A DNA stretch of 64,000 nt, from positions 64,098-128,097 of the forward strand of contig JBAZEY010000001.1 of assembly GCA_041653675.1 (NCBI GenBank), written 5' to 3'. The stretch is from Patescibacteria group bacterium. Its GTDB lineage: Bacteria; Patescibacteriota; Patescibacteriia; XYB2-FULL-38-15. The notes below the pieces were generated by a model that saw only the letters and a program-made list of their open reading frames with translations, was not told the origin of the DNA and made no database searches. This document shows, piece by piece, positions 38,346 to 48,997 of the stretch (the first letter of the stretch is position 1; each line of letters opens with the position of its first letter). Both the position numbers and the translations under genes were made by a program.

Positions 38346-39587
38346 ATGCGCGTGGCAATTATCGGCGGCGGAGCAGCCGGCATGATGGCAGCCGCGACAA
38401 TCAATGAAAATAATCCGGAAGTAGAGGTTTTTTTAATTGAAAAAAACGAATCGCTTGGAAAAAAGGTTTTAATTTCCGGCGGCGGCCGCTGCAATATCAC
38501 GACTGGAATCGCGGATATAAAAATCGTGCTTAAAAATTATCCGCGGGGAGAAAAATTTTTAACTCCCGCCATGCATCGTTTTTCGCCTTCGGATGTCCGC
38601 GACTGGTTTCTCTCGCACGGCGTACCGCAGCAGTGCGGCGATGATCTTCGCGTTTTTCCAAAATCCAACGACGGCCGCGACGTGGTCGGCGTTTTTGAAA
38701 GAATTTTTTCCCGCCATCGGACTAAAATACTTTTTGGCCACGCGGTTAAAAATATTGAAAAAAATCAAAACAGGTTTATTATTAATTTTAAGGAACAGCC
38801 GCCACTTGAAGTTGATCGCGTAGTTTTGGCTCTTGGTGGCGAAGCGTACCGCCACACGGGATCAACCGGAGACGGCTATGCGCTTGCTGAATCTCTGGGA
38901 CATCACATAAGTCCGCTCGCGGCCAGTTTATATTCTTTTGTCACGAAAGAGAAATGGCCGAAAGAAATTTCCGGCCTTACCATTCCGAAATCGGCGGTTA
39001 TCGTAAAACGTGAAAAGCGTTACCGGACAGCCGGCTCGGTTTTATTCACTCATTGGGGCGTCTCCGGTCCGGCAATTTTTGCCATGTCGTCTCTTGTTGC
39101 CTTTTTAAATTTTAGTTCGGCCGAACCGTTTGATATTTTTATTGATCTTATTCCCGATGCGTCGGCGGAAAAAATTATTACTGATATGAAAAATTTTGCG
39201 CGGGAAAATCCCCAAAAAAGCTTTAAAAGCACGCTGCATCATTTTGTTCCGCGGTCGCTCGCCGAAATAATCGCGCGGGAAGCCGGGATTCCTTCTTTAA
39301 AAAAGAATGCCGAAATAAGCAACGCGGAAATAGGAAAAGTTGGGCGATGGTTTAAGTTTTTGCCGCTTCATGTTGTTGGAGGAGGGGCAGGCGAAGAATT
39401 TGTTACAGCCGGAGGAGTGGAATTATCTGAAGTTAATCCACATACCATGGAATCAAAAATTTGTCCCGGGCTTTACTTCGCCGGAGAAATCTTAAACATT
39501 GACGGTTTCACTGGCGGATTTAATCTTCAGGCCGCCTGGACTACGGGACGCGCGGCGGGGGAATCTTTGGCTCGAAATGAGAAATAA
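38346..39587 (+). CDS. HI0933/YhiN/BaiN family flavoprotein
   Basis: GGGAAG, GKKVLISGGGRCNIT, GSTGDGY, VTAGGV, GFTGGFNLQ. Confidence 0.92.
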   Translation: MRVAIIGGGAAGMMAAATINENNPEVEVFLIEKNESLGKKVLISGGGRCNITTGIADIKIVLKNYPRGEKFLTPAMHRFSPSDVRDWFLSHGVPQQCGDDLRVFPKSNDGRDVVGVFERIFSRHRTKILFGHAVKNIEKNQNRFIINFKEQPPLEVDRVVLALGGEAYRHTGSTGDGYALAESLGHHISPLAASLYSFVTKEKWPKEISGLTIPKSAVIVKREKRYRTAGSVLFTHWGVSGPAIFAMSSLVAFLNFSSAEPFDIFIDLIPDASAEKIITDMKNFARENPQKSFKSTLHHFVPRSLAEIIAREAGIPSLKKNAEISNAEIGKVGRWFKFLPLHVVGGGAGEEFVTAGGVELSEVNPHTMESKICPGLYFAGEILNIDGFTGGFNLQAAWTTGRAAGESLARNEK

Positions 39588-39697
39588 CCCGCCTGGATTT
39601 GACTTTTTTATTGGTTTGAGTTATAATTAACATAGAAAAGTTAAGTAGAAACATCGTCGAATTTCTACAAATAAATTATATTTATCGTTTCGTTACT

Positions 39698-39898
39698 ATG
39701 AATGGTACAATCAAAACTTTAGTGGTGGAAAAGAACTTCGGTTTTATCACCCCAGAAGATGGATCAAAGGATGTCTTTTTCCATGCCACTAGCCTTCAGG
39801 GCGCCGAATTCGGACAATTGAAATCAGGCGATGCTGTGACATTTGATGTCGAGCAATCAGAAAAGGGTCCGAGAGCCGTGAACGTTGTCAAAGCGTAA
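39698..39898 (+). CDS. Cold-shock protein
   Basis: KNFGFITP (RNP1), DVFFH (RNP2), KGPRAVNV. Confidence 0.95.
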   Translation: MNGTIKTLVVEKNFGFITPEDGSKDVFFHATSLQGAEFGQLKSGDAVTFDVEQSEKGPRAVNVVKA

Positions 39899-39979
39899 AA
39901 TCTTTGAAGAAAACAGAGCTGCTAAACCGGCTCTGTTTTTATTTTATTTAATTTTAAAAAAGTGCTAAAATAATAGAAT

Positions 39980-42223
39980 ATGTTTAAACCAAAAATTTAT
40001 CTGCCAGTTTTATTTTGTCTCGCGGCCGGAGTTCTGGGCTTGTCTTTTTGGCATTTTGAAAATGGCGGGGAGGGGACAGTGCAATTAGCGGCGAGCAGTT
40101 GCTCAACCGCGCCCGTAAGTTCGACGACACTCATCAATACTCATCATTTGCGTACTGATACGCACGGCTACGGAATTTTTCCCACTAAAGACGGCGGATA
40201 TTTACTGACGGGCGACACTATTTGGGCCAACGCCATGGCGGTTCCAAATCCTTTCACAATTAAAACAAATTCTAAAGGCAGCGCTTCGTGGAGCAAACAA
40301 TACAGTAGTCAAAGCATGCCCGACAGCGGCTATGACATAAGGCGCCTCGCAGTAGAGACATCGGACGGGAATTTTATTACCGCCAATAATATTTTAGATT
40401 TTATTGACGCCGCCTACGAAAAAGTGTTGGAGGTCACCGGCGATATTTTGGTTACTAAACTAAATTCCAAGGGCACAAAACAATGGTCAATCATGCTCGG
40501 CGATTATAGTATTGATTGGGTGCAAGATATGTGGCCAACATCTGACGCAGGAGTAATTTTGCTCGCGCGATTTATGGAGACGGGTTATGGCAATGACATC
40601 GCCGACATTGACGCTATCCCTAAATACAGTGTTTTGATGAAAATTGATAAAAATGGAAAAGTAGTATGGACTAAAAAGTTAAATTTTGAGGCAATAGAGA
40701 TGCAATATCTCTCGGACGGCGGCTTTATCGCGCTCTCCGAGATTAGGCCGCCCACGATAGAACAAGAAGGAAATCCAATGGGACTCGAAACCGCGATCGG
40801 GGATTTGCCAACCGTTATCAGGTTGGATAAAAATTTAAATCTTCTCTGGGCCAAAAGTATAGAAATGATTCCGTCCACTATCAACAGTTCTCCTACAACC
40901 ACAACAACGCTTAGAATTTCCGGCGGAGATTTTCAAACAGTACAGGCCGCACCAGACGGAGGTTTTATTGCCTTCGGCTTTGCTAATCTTTTGGCAACGC
41001 AAGGGCTCCTGGGGAATTTAACCGGGATAACGTCTTTTTCCCCACAGTCGTTTATTGCGGTAAAATTTAATTCAGCAGGAAATTATTTATGGGGGAAAAA
41101 GTTAACCAGCGGCTCAATCGGCGGTCTGAGTTCAAACGATTTTATGGTGGCCAAAACCACTGACTCTAATTTTGTGATGATGCGGAGCGTGGTTCGCGAT
41201 AGCGCTGGATTACAGGCGAAATACAACGATGCCGGAGAAAAAGCAAAATTGGTAACGGAAAAATGCAAAGAATATAATTGTAAATTGCCGGGCGATGAAT
41301 ACGAGATTCCCGAAGTTAAGCCGTTTGCCGAAAGCTCAGCCGCCGCCGCTAAGTTGTTGAGTGAAGCATGGGCGGCGAATATTGAGTTAATTAAAATAGA
41401 CGCGGATTTTAATCCCAGATGGATTAAACAAATTGATGTGGAGCGGAATTTGACCTGGGAAGATATCCAGCCGACTTCCGACAAGGGTGTGGCGATTCTC
41501 GGCACCATTGAAACTCGCAAACAATATTATTATCTCGGCAGCTGGTATCCTTACAAGGAAGCGACATTGATAAAAGCGGATGTGAATGGAAATGTGGTTT
41601 TGCCCAGAGCTGTTGGTTTTGAAATGGAGGGTTATGTGGACGTTAGCTCGTACGACGAAGCGACAGTGGAAGATCAAAGTTCATATTTAATAACACAAAA
41701 CATGAACGTCAGCGTAGAAAGTTATAAATTAAATATAAATAAGTCAGTAAACGAAAAAGTTTCCACAATCAAAAATACTGTCCGGAATATTGCATCTTAT
41801 AAAAAAATCAGTGTTGTCCCGGTCTGTTCATATTTAACCTCAGGCGGAGCCTCTTCTGGATCGGGCACGACTCCGACAGCCAAAACTTGGGCCCAAATAA
41901 ATTATGATAATGCTAAAGAAGATACGCTTGATGGCGCGCGAGCTACAGAAATCCACGAAGAACTATTGCCGATCTTGAACCAGATTTTTAATAATCAGGT
42001 CAAGATGACGGATAGTTTAGCCAGTATGTGGCAGGATTATGTTTTTCCGCGCCTTGTGACGCGCGATGATGTTGTGACAGTTGAAAATTATTACAAAGGT
42101 TTAGGATATAAAATTGACAGTTCCGAGGGCGGAGATCTTTATGTTTCAAGGATCGGCCTGACAATGCATTTGGATTTTTCTATTACGAGCCAGCTAGCCG
42201 GAAAATTAGAAGTGACCTATTAG
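39980..42223 (+). CDS. Secreted beta-propeller-like repeat protein
   Basis: Signal/anchor; repeated 'TxDGGY/F' and 'KxDxNGxxxWxK' units. Confidence 0.75.
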   Translation: MFKPKIYLPVLFCLAAGVLGLSFWHFENGGEGTVQLAASSCSTAPVSSTTLINTHHLRTDTHGYGIFPTKDGGYLLTGDTIWANAMAVPNPFTIKTNSKGSASWSKQYSSQSMPDSGYDIRRLAVETSDGNFITANNILDFIDAAYEKVLEVTGDILVTKLNSKGTKQWSIMLGDYSIDWVQDMWPTSDAGVILLARFMETGYGNDIADIDAIPKYSVLMKIDKNGKVVWTKKLNFEAIEMQYLSDGGFIALSEIRPPTIEQEGNPMGLETAIGDLPTVIRLDKNLNLLWAKSIEMIPSTINSSPTTTTTLRISGGDFQTVQAAPDGGFIAFGFANLLATQGLLGNLTGITSFSPQSFIAVKFNSAGNYLWGKKLTSGSIGGLSSNDFMVAKTTDSNFVMMRSVVRDSAGLQAKYNDAGEKAKLVTEKCKEYNCKLPGDEYEIPEVKPFAESSAAAAKLLSEAWAANIELIKIDADFNPRWIKQIDVERNLTWEDIQPTSDKGVAILGTIETRKQYYYLGSWYPYKEATLIKADVNGNVVLPRAVGFEMEGYVDVSSYDEATVEDQSSYLITQNMNVSVESYKLNINKSVNEKVSTIKNTVRNIASYKKISVVPVCSYLTSGGASSGSGTTPTAKTWAQINYDNAKEDTLDGARATEIHEELLPILNQIFNNQVKMTDSLASMWQDYVFPRLVTRDDVVTVENYYKGLGYKIDSSEGGDLYVSRIGLTMHLDFSITSQLAGKLEVTY

Positions 42224-42388
42224 AGCTGAGCTGGTGGGATAGTGATAATAAATTTAGTTATAAAAATTACCTTCTTGAGGGTAATTTTTAATTATCCGCG
42301 GTTGGCCTTGCTATCCCTTGATTTTTAAGGCAGTTTCTGCTAGAATTAAGGAAAAGGAAAGTTTGTTTTAAATCTTAAAATTTAAACT

Positions 42389-43012
42389 ATGTTCAAGAAA
42401 TTTTTGATTTTGACCGCGGCTTTTGCCTTAGTTTTGGCTGGCGCGGGATGTGGAGAAGAAAAGACTCCGGCAGCAGAAAATGAGAATCAAAACGCAAATG
42501 TTATCACGGCGAATGTTAACGGTTCGGTTGTGGAGTTAGTTGAACCGCAAGAAGAAGAGGAAACTGGCGAGATGGCGTTTGTTGAATTTGTTAATAAAAC
42601 AATGGGCTACAAGATTGTTCGGCCAGATGGATGGTATTGGCAGCATCTTATCCAAAGAGAAATCGGCGAGACGATGCCTGAAGTAGACGATCTATTTGTC
42701 ACCGATCCAAATCCATTACCGCCGCTTGGCACGGGATATCTCGGGAGAATTGTGATTGAAGTTTCAAGAAGAAGTTTAACCGATTTAGAAAGAAATCTTT
42801 CTGATCTGACTTCGCGAACCGTGACGGTCGGCGGAATTTCCGCGACAAAGTATGAAGGTGTGCGCTCAAATGAAATGGTAGAAAATCAAAAATATATTAC
42901 TTATCTTTTTCAAAAAGATAGTAAAACATACCGGATCGCTTACACCATGAAAGACAGCACTACCGAAGACGAAGCGGTATTTACAAGAGTTGTGGAAAGC
43001 CTTAGTTTCTAA
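42389..43012 (+). CDS. Lipoprotein (PsbP-like C-terminal domain)
   Basis: LAGAGC lipobox; 'FVNKTMGYKIVRPDGW'...'FTRVVESLSF'. Confidence 0.7.
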   Translation: MFKKFLILTAAFALVLAGAGCGEEKTPAAENENQNANVITANVNGSVVELVEPQEEEETGEMAFVEFVNKTMGYKIVRPDGWYWQHLIQREIGETMPEVDDLFVTDPNPLPPLGTGYLGRIVIEVSRRSLTDLERNLSDLTSRTVTVGGISATKYEGVRSNEMVENQKYITYLFQKDSKTYRIAYTMKDSTTEDEAVFTRVVESLSF

Positions 43013-43065
43013 AATATAAATCAAAAAATTCCGCCGGGAGGAGGCGGAATTTTTATAAGTCGCAG

Positions 43066-43533
43066 ATGTTTAATATTGTTATTTTAGCCGTAGGAAAGAT
43101 TAAAGAAAAACACTGGCAGACGGCAGTGAAAGAATATTTGGCGCGGTTAAAGCCGTACGCCAGAGTTATTATTGAAGAAGTGGAGCCGGAACCATTTAAA
43201 AGGGAATCGGACAAGGAAAAGTCAAAACAAAAAGAAGGGGAGAGATTGCTCGCGGCTCTGTCTAAATATTCCGACAGTGAAATTATTATTCTTGATGAAC
43301 GCGGCCGAGAATTAACTTCGCCGGAATTTTCTGAATTTTTTAACCGCGAAGCGCGGCGCATAATTTTTGTTATTGGCGGAGCCCTGGGGTTCAGTGAAAA
43401 TTTTTCTAAAAGAACTTTTACTAAAGTATCTTTATCAAAAATGACCTTGCCGCACGAGCTTGCGAGAGTGGTTTTGTCGGAGCAAATTTATCGGGCGGCG
43501 ACGATTGTTACCGGGAAAAGTTATCATTATTAA
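43066..43533 (+). CDS. rlmH: 23S rRNA (pseudouridine1915-N3)-methyltransferase
   Basis: AVGK.KE, LDERG, FVIGGALG, SLSKMTLPHELARVVLSEQIYRA...YH. Confidence 0.95.
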   Translation: MFNIVILAVGKIKEKHWQTAVKEYLARLKPYARVIIEEVEPEPFKRESDKEKSKQKEGERLLAALSKYSDSEIIILDERGRELTSPEFSEFFNREARRIIFVIGGALGFSENFSKRTFTKVSLSKMTLPHELARVVLSEQIYRAATIVTGKSYHY

Positions 43534-43536
43534 AGT

Positions 43537-44322
43537 ATGAATTTTTTTCATGCGATAATTTTGGGAATAGTAGAGGGTGTGACAGAATTCCTGCCGATTT
43601 CCTCCACCGGCCACTTGATTTTGGCGTCAAAAATTTTACAACTGCCATCAACTGAATTTTTAAAAAGTTTTGAAATTGCTATTCAGCTTGGAGCAATACT
43701 GGCGGTAGTTGTTCTTTATTGGAAATCTTTTTTTGTAAAACTTGAAATTTTGAAAAAAATAATTGTTGCTTTTTTGCCGACGGCGGCGCTCGGATTAATT
43801 TTTTATAAAATTGTCAAGCAGTTTTTGTTGGGAAGTGAAGGAGTTGTTTTATGGGCGCTGTTTTTAGGCGGCGTTTTTTTGATTATATTTGAATGGAAAT
43901 ATAGTGAAAAACCGGACGCCGTGGAAGAGGTGGAAAAAATAACCTGGCGGCAAGCGCTCCTCATCGGCGTTTTTCAGTCAGTAGCAATTATTCCCGGAGT
44001 TTCCCGCGCCGCCGCGACAATTATTGGCGGCCTTTTACTCGGACTCAAAAGAAAAACTATTGTTGAATTTTCTTTTTTGCTCGCCGTTCCGACTATGATT
44101 GCGGCTACCGGACTTGATTTTCTAAAAAGCGGAGGGAATTTTTCTTTGGGAGAATTTGGTCTGCTCGCCCTGGGTCTTGCTTTTTCATTTTTTACGGCGC
44201 TCGCGGCGATTAAATTTTTCTTGAATTTCATCAAAAATCATTCTTTTGTTTTTTTCGGGGTTTATCGAGTTCTTTTGGCACTCGCTTGGTGGGTTGGCGC
44301 ACTGTTTCTCTTGCGGGTTTAA
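43537..44322 (+). CDS. uppP: Undecaprenyl-diphosphate phosphatase
   Basis: GIVEGVTEFLPISSTGHL, IQLGAILAV, PGVSR. Confidence 0.95.
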   Translation: MNFFHAIILGIVEGVTEFLPISSTGHLILASKILQLPSTEFLKSFEIAIQLGAILAVVVLYWKSFFVKLEILKKIIVAFLPTAALGLIFYKIVKQFLLGSEGVVLWALFLGGVFLIIFEWKYSEKPDAVEEVEKITWRQALLIGVFQSVAIIPGVSRAAATIIGGLLLGLKRKTIVEFSFLLAVPTMIAATGLDFLKSGGNFSLGEFGLLALGLAFSFFTALAAIKFFLNFIKNHSFVFFGVYRVLLALAWWVGALFLLRV

Positions 44323-44335
44323 AATGATATAATGT

Positions 44336-45328
44336 ATGAAGGTTTGTTTGTATCTTGAATTTAAGCGATTTTTAAGAGGTTATTTTTATAAGAATGCGGG
44401 TACGGGTTTTTTATCGTCCTTTAAAAATTATTTAAAAGCGTTAAACTTGGCCGGAGTGGAGATTACGGAAAATTTGAAAGATAATTATGATATTTTACAT
44501 ATTAACATTCCATTTTTAAAGTCACTTTGGGCAGTCCGGCAAGCGAGAAAAAGGGGAATAAAAATTGTGATGTCGGCCCACGCTACGGCAGAAGATTTTA
44601 GGGGCGTTTGGCGGGTGAGCAATTTTTTGATGCCGCTTGCGCGCCGTTATTACCGATTTGCTTACAATCGGGCGGATATCGTCATTACCCCGACTATTTA
44701 CACCAAAAGTTTGCTCGAAAAATATCCTTTGAAAAAAAGAATCGAGGTTATCTCCTGCGGCGTTGATTTCGGAAAATATTCTCTGGCCGGAAAAGAAAGA
44801 AATTATCGTAAACCCGAAAAAGATTTGGTTATTTTAAACGTCGCGAACGCGATTTCGAGAAAAGGCATAGAGAGTTTTATAAATTTGGCCAAGGCTTTTC
44901 CTGATAATAAATTTTTTTGGTACGGAAAAATTTTTAAATCTTTTTTGTATAAACGACTGCCAAAAAATTTTCCGCCGAATTTGGAATTTAAAGGATTTGT
45001 GTCCGACATTTTAGCAACTTATCGGGACGGAGATATTTTTGTTTTTCCATCACATGAAGAAAACCAGGGTATGGTTATTTTGGAAGCCGCAGCGGCGGGG
45101 TTGCCGATTTTAGTAAGAGATTTGCCTGCCTATCATGGATGGCTTGTCCATAACGAAAATTGTTTAATTGCTAAAAGCGAAGAAGAATTTCAAAAATATT
45201 TAAATCAGTTAATTTCTGATGCGGAACTTCGAGCGCGGCTGGGTGTGTCGGCAAAAAAAATAGCCGAGTCGGAAAATTTAAAAATTATCGGAGAACGTTT
45301 GCGCGCCGTTTATCAAAGTCTAATATGA
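44336..45328 (+). CDS. GT4 glycosyltransferase
   Basis: RKG; FVFPSHEENQGMVILEAAAAGLP. Confidence 0.9.
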   Translation: MKVCLYLEFKRFLRGYFYKNAGTGFLSSFKNYLKALNLAGVEITENLKDNYDILHINIPFLKSLWAVRQARKRGIKIVMSAHATAEDFRGVWRVSNFLMPLARRYYRFAYNRADIVITPTIYTKSLLEKYPLKKRIEVISCGVDFGKYSLAGKERNYRKPEKDLVILNVANAISRKGIESFINLAKAFPDNKFFWYGKIFKSFLYKRLPKNFPPNLEFKGFVSDILATYRDGDIFVFPSHEENQGMVILEAAAAGLPILVRDLPAYHGWLVHNENCLIAKSEEEFQKYLNQLISDAELRARLGVSAKKIAESENLKIIGERLRAVYQSLI

Positions 45329-46059
45329 AAGTATCAATCATCATCCCGGCCTATAACGAAGAAAAATTATTGCCGCGGTGTTTAAAATCAATTTTCTCCG
45401 CCCGCCTTCCGGAAGATTTTGAAGTGATTGTCGTAAACAATGCTTCAACCGATCGGACAGAAGAAATTGCAAAGAGCTTTTCCGGAGTTAAAGTCGTGAC
45501 AGAATTGAACAAAGGAATTACAAGGGCCAGGCAAGCCGGGTTTCAAGCTGCGAGCGGCGATATTTTAGTTTTTTTTGATGCGGACACAATCATTCCTTCG
45601 GATTGGTTTCAAATCGCGACAGAAAAATTGAAATCTGATCCAAAACTTGTTGGCGTTTCCGGTCCATATCATTTTGAAGCAATTTCTTGGTGGGCGAGGG
45701 GGTTTGAATGGTTTTATAATTGTATTGTGATGCCATCCGGCGAATTTGTTTGGAAATATTTTTTGCGTCAGGGTGGAATAATGCTTTTAGGGGGAAATTT
45801 TGCCGTGAGACGCGAAGCCCTTGTGGCTATAAATGGTTTTAACACGGAAATAGATTTTTATGGTGAGGATACAAATCTTACGAGGAGAATGGCGAAGATT
45901 GGGAAAATAGATTACACCAATAAGTTGTTTGTTTATTCTTCACCGCGACGGTTTGAAGGAGAAGGTCGGCTGAAACTCATAATTAAATACATTATAAATT
46001 TTTTTGGAGAGTGGATTCTTAAAAAACCTATAAATAAATCTTACGAAGATTTTAGATAA
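45325..46059 (+). CDS. GT2 glycosyltransferase
   Basis: IIPAYNEE, NNASTD, FFDAD, FYGEDT. Confidence 0.92.
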   Translation: MKVSIIIPAYNEEKLLPRCLKSIFSARLPEDFEVIVVNNASTDRTEEIAKSFSGVKVVTELNKGITRARQAGFQAASGDILVFFDADTIIPSDWFQIATEKLKSDPKLVGVSGPYHFEAISWWARGFEWFYNCIVMPSGEFVWKYFLRQGGIMLLGGNFAVRREALVAINGFNTEIDFYGEDTNLTRRMAKIGKIDYTNKLFVYSSPRRFEGEGRLKLIIKYIINFFGEWILKKPINKSYEDFR

Positions 46060-46080
46060 AATTTATTGAAAATTTTTAAA

Positions 46081-47448
46081 ATGAAAAACGGGAATAACAA
46101 TAATCACAATCATGGTTACAAAAAAGCCTGGGTTGTTACTGTGGATATGGGCTACGGGCATCAGCGCGCCGCTTTTCCCCTAAAAAGTTTGGCTTACGGC
46201 GGAAAAATTATTAATGCCTCAAATTATACCGGAATGCCGCGCACCGATAGAAAAACTTGGCGAGAAAGCAAGAAGTTTTATGAATTTATGTCGCGGTTCA
46301 AGCGCGTCCCGTTAGTTGGTGAAGCGGCTTTCGGCATTTATAATAAACTTCAAGCAATCCCCTCGTTTTATCCCAAGCGCGATCTTTCCGATCCGAGTGT
46401 GCAGATTGAGCAGACAGCGGCCTTAATCAAAAAGAGAGAATGGGGGAAGCACCTGATCCACACCTTGAATAAGAAAAAAATTCCTTTGATTACAACCTTT
46501 TTTATTCCGGCTTTTATGGCCGAGGCCTGGGGATATAGCGGAGATATTTATTGTGTAATTTGCGATGCTGATATTTCCAGAGCTTGGGCGCCGCCCGATC
46601 CGACTCAAAGTAAAATAAAATATTTTGCTCCTAATTATAGAGTTGTCGAAAGACTGAAGTGTTATGGTGTTCCGGCGGAAAATATTTTTTTAACGGGTTT
46701 TCCATTGCCTGAAGAAAATACGGGAGGAAGGTATCTTGGAAATTTACGCCACGATTTAGGGATAAGGCTTACCCACCTTGATCCGAAAAAACTTTATACT
46801 TCAAAATACGCGCTGACGATCGATGAACACTTGGGGACAAAATGGCCGCCGCCAAAAACAAAGGGCCCACCGACCTTAATGTTCGCAGTTGGAGGTGCCG
46901 GAGCGCAGCGGGAACTAGGGGTAGAAATAGTAAAAAATTTGGCGCAAAAGATTAAAGCGAAAAAAATAAAAATAGTTCTTGTAGCCGGTATCAGAAACGA
47001 AGTGAACCAATATTTTAAAAGAAGTATCAGGCGTTTTGGTTTAGGGAGTTATCTTGGAAAAAATATTAAAATAATTTTTGGGGAAAATACTGATGATTAT
47101 TTTAGAAAATTTAATCGGGCTTTACGGGAAGTTGATGTTTTATGGACAAAACCTTCCGAACTTTCTTTCTATACCGCCTTGGGCTTGCCCATTATTATTT
47201 CTTCGTCAATCGGTTCGCAGGAAGATTTTAATAAAAAGTGGTTGATAGCTATTGGCTCTGGGATTGAACCCGAAGATGTAAAGTATGTTGACCAGTGGTT
47301 TTTCGACTGGATTGATTCAGGGTGGTTTGCTAGAGCAGCCATGCAAGGATTTATGGAGGGAGGAAAATATGGAACTTACAACATTGAAAAGTTTATCAAG
47401 CACAAGATAGCGGAAGTTAAGGCCATGAAGATGGTTTTGCAGTATTAA
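46081..47448 (+). CDS. GT-B fold protein (MGDG-synthase/GT28-like)
   Basis: DMGYGHQRAA, TGFP, VGGAG, WTKPSEL, GSQE..N. Confidence 0.65.
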   Translation: MKNGNNNNHNHGYKKAWVVTVDMGYGHQRAAFPLKSLAYGGKIINASNYTGMPRTDRKTWRESKKFYEFMSRFKRVPLVGEAAFGIYNKLQAIPSFYPKRDLSDPSVQIEQTAALIKKREWGKHLIHTLNKKKIPLITTFFIPAFMAEAWGYSGDIYCVICDADISRAWAPPDPTQSKIKYFAPNYRVVERLKCYGVPAENIFLTGFPLPEENTGGRYLGNLRHDLGIRLTHLDPKKLYTSKYALTIDEHLGTKWPPPKTKGPPTLMFAVGGAGAQRELGVEIVKNLAQKIKAKKIKIVLVAGIRNEVNQYFKRSIRRFGLGSYLGKNIKIIFGENTDDYFRKFNRALREVDVLWTKPSELSFYTALGLPIIISSSIGSQEDFNKKWLIAIGSGIEPEDVKYVDQWFFDWIDSGWFARAAMQGFMEGGKYGTYNIEKFIKHKIAEVKAMKMVLQY

Positions 47449-47459
47449 TTTTTTGGTTG

Positions 47460-48458
47460 ATGTACTCCCTTTTTAAAAAAATATTGATTGCCATCGGCGC
47501 CACGATAGTCGCGATGGTTTTGTTTCTCGCAGTTTTATGGTTGCCGTCTTTTAATTCCCCAAAAGAAATTGAATTTGGCGTAAGTTTTAGCAAATCTTAC
47601 GCTGATTATTTAGAATTGGACTGGAAGGAAACTTACCTTGCAATTTTGGACGATCTTGGAGTCAAGTCAGTGCGGCTTCAGTCGGACTGGGATAAAACGG
47701 AATTATCTGAAGGAATTTTTGATTTTTCCGTGCTTGATTGGCAAATGGCCGAAGCGGAAAAGAGAGGAGTTAAAGTATTACTCGCGGTGGGGAAGCGCCA
47801 GCCGCGCTGGCCAGAATGTCACATTCCTTCTTGGCTTGCCGAAACACCTGAAGTTGAAATTCAAGATAGGGCGCTTGAGTTTATAAAAACAATGGTTTTG
47901 AGATATAAGGATTCGCCCGTTCTGACAATGTGGCAAGTGGAAAACGAGCCGCTTTTGAATGCTTTTGGGGAATGCCCTCCGGGAGATATAAATTTTTTAA
48001 AACGAGAAATCGCGCTTGTAAAATACCTGGATGATCGTCCAATTTTAATTACCGACAGCGGAGAATTATCAACCTGGCGTAAAACGGCACATCTTGGTGA
48101 TTATTTTGGCACAACAATTTATCGGCGCGTGTATAGCACCTATTTCGGGTATTTCCGCCATTTTTTTGCGCCAGCCTTTTATCGATTAAAAGCTAAAATG
48201 GTCGGATTATCTCCAGAAAAGGTAATTATTTCCGAATTACAAGCCGAACCGTGGATGCCGGACGGAAAAGAAAGCAGAGGAAGTCTTGAGGATCAAAAAA
48301 GCGTAATGGATGATGAATTTATAAAGAGACAAATTGAGTTCGCCCAAGAAACAAGGTTCTTTAAAGCCTATATTTGGGGAGTAGAGTGGTGGTATTGGGC
48401 AAAAACTCAGGGGGATGAATCAATTTGGGATATTGGGAAAAATATCTGGCAACCTTGA
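47460..48458 (+). CDS. Membrane-anchored clan-A glycoside hydrolase-like protein
   Basis: WQVENEP (acid/base) and ISELQAEPW (nucleophile-like) motifs; N-terminal TM. Confidence 0.7.
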   Translation: MYSLFKKILIAIGATIVAMVLFLAVLWLPSFNSPKEIEFGVSFSKSYADYLELDWKETYLAILDDLGVKSVRLQSDWDKTELSEGIFDFSVLDWQMAEAEKRGVKVLLAVGKRQPRWPECHIPSWLAETPEVEIQDRALEFIKTMVLRYKDSPVLTMWQVENEPLLNAFGECPPGDINFLKREIALVKYLDDRPILITDSGELSTWRKTAHLGDYFGTTIYRRVYSTYFGYFRHFFAPAFYRLKAKMVGLSPEKVIISELQAEPWMPDGKESRGSLEDQKSVMDDEFIKRQIEFAQETRFFKAYIWGVEWWYWAKTQGDESIWDIGKNIWQP

Positions 48459-48535
48459 TTTTCCTTTACAATTATTAAAAAAGTGCTATAATTAGATAAA
48501 AGTTATACACACCCTAATTTTTAACTTTTTAGACT

Positions 48536-48706
48536 ATGGCCAATGAACCAGTAGTAGCTTATTGCGTAAAATGCAAAGCAAAAAAAGACATGAAAGACCC
48601 ACAAGAGGTGGAAATGAAGGGAAAAGGCGGCGTGGCACGAAGAGCCATGAAGGGCACGTGCCCGGTCTGCGGAACAGGCATGTATAGAATTCTGGGAAAA
48701 AAATAG
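48536..48706 (+). CDS. Small zinc-binding protein (DUF5679-like, 56 aa)
   Basis: Hand-translated ...AYCVKCKAKKDM...KGTCPVCGTGMYRILGKK. Confidence 0.85.
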   Translation: MANEPVVAYCVKCKAKKDMKDPQEVEMKGKGGVARRAMKGTCPVCGTGMYRILGKK

Positions 48707-48829
48707 TTGAATTTGATAGTTTTGACTAAAAAATGCTGAAAATTAATTTTTCGGCATTTTTTTGGTGGTTTAGGGGCGGCGTCGTAGGCTAATTTAATCT
48801 TTCTTTAATTTTTCTCTGTTATATTATTA

Positions 48830-48950
48830 GGTGAGGGGCAATCGATTGCGAGAGGTTCGTCTTTGGCGAACCTGCAAATCAAAATTTGCATGCAAAGCAG
48901 TGGATTGTCTCTCGCCAAAAGATTCCCGGGTCAGTGGGAATTTTTTGTTT
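48830..48950 (+). ncRNA. Putative small structured RNA or leader with terminator
   Basis: 14-bp closing stem ggtgaggggcaatc/gattgtctctcgcc enclosing two hairpins, then gattccc/gggaatt plus T-run; TG-t-TATATT just upstream. Confidence 0.5.
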
Positions 48951-48997
48951 TTTGTGGTAAAATAAAGCAAAAGATAATTTATCTCATATATTTTATT

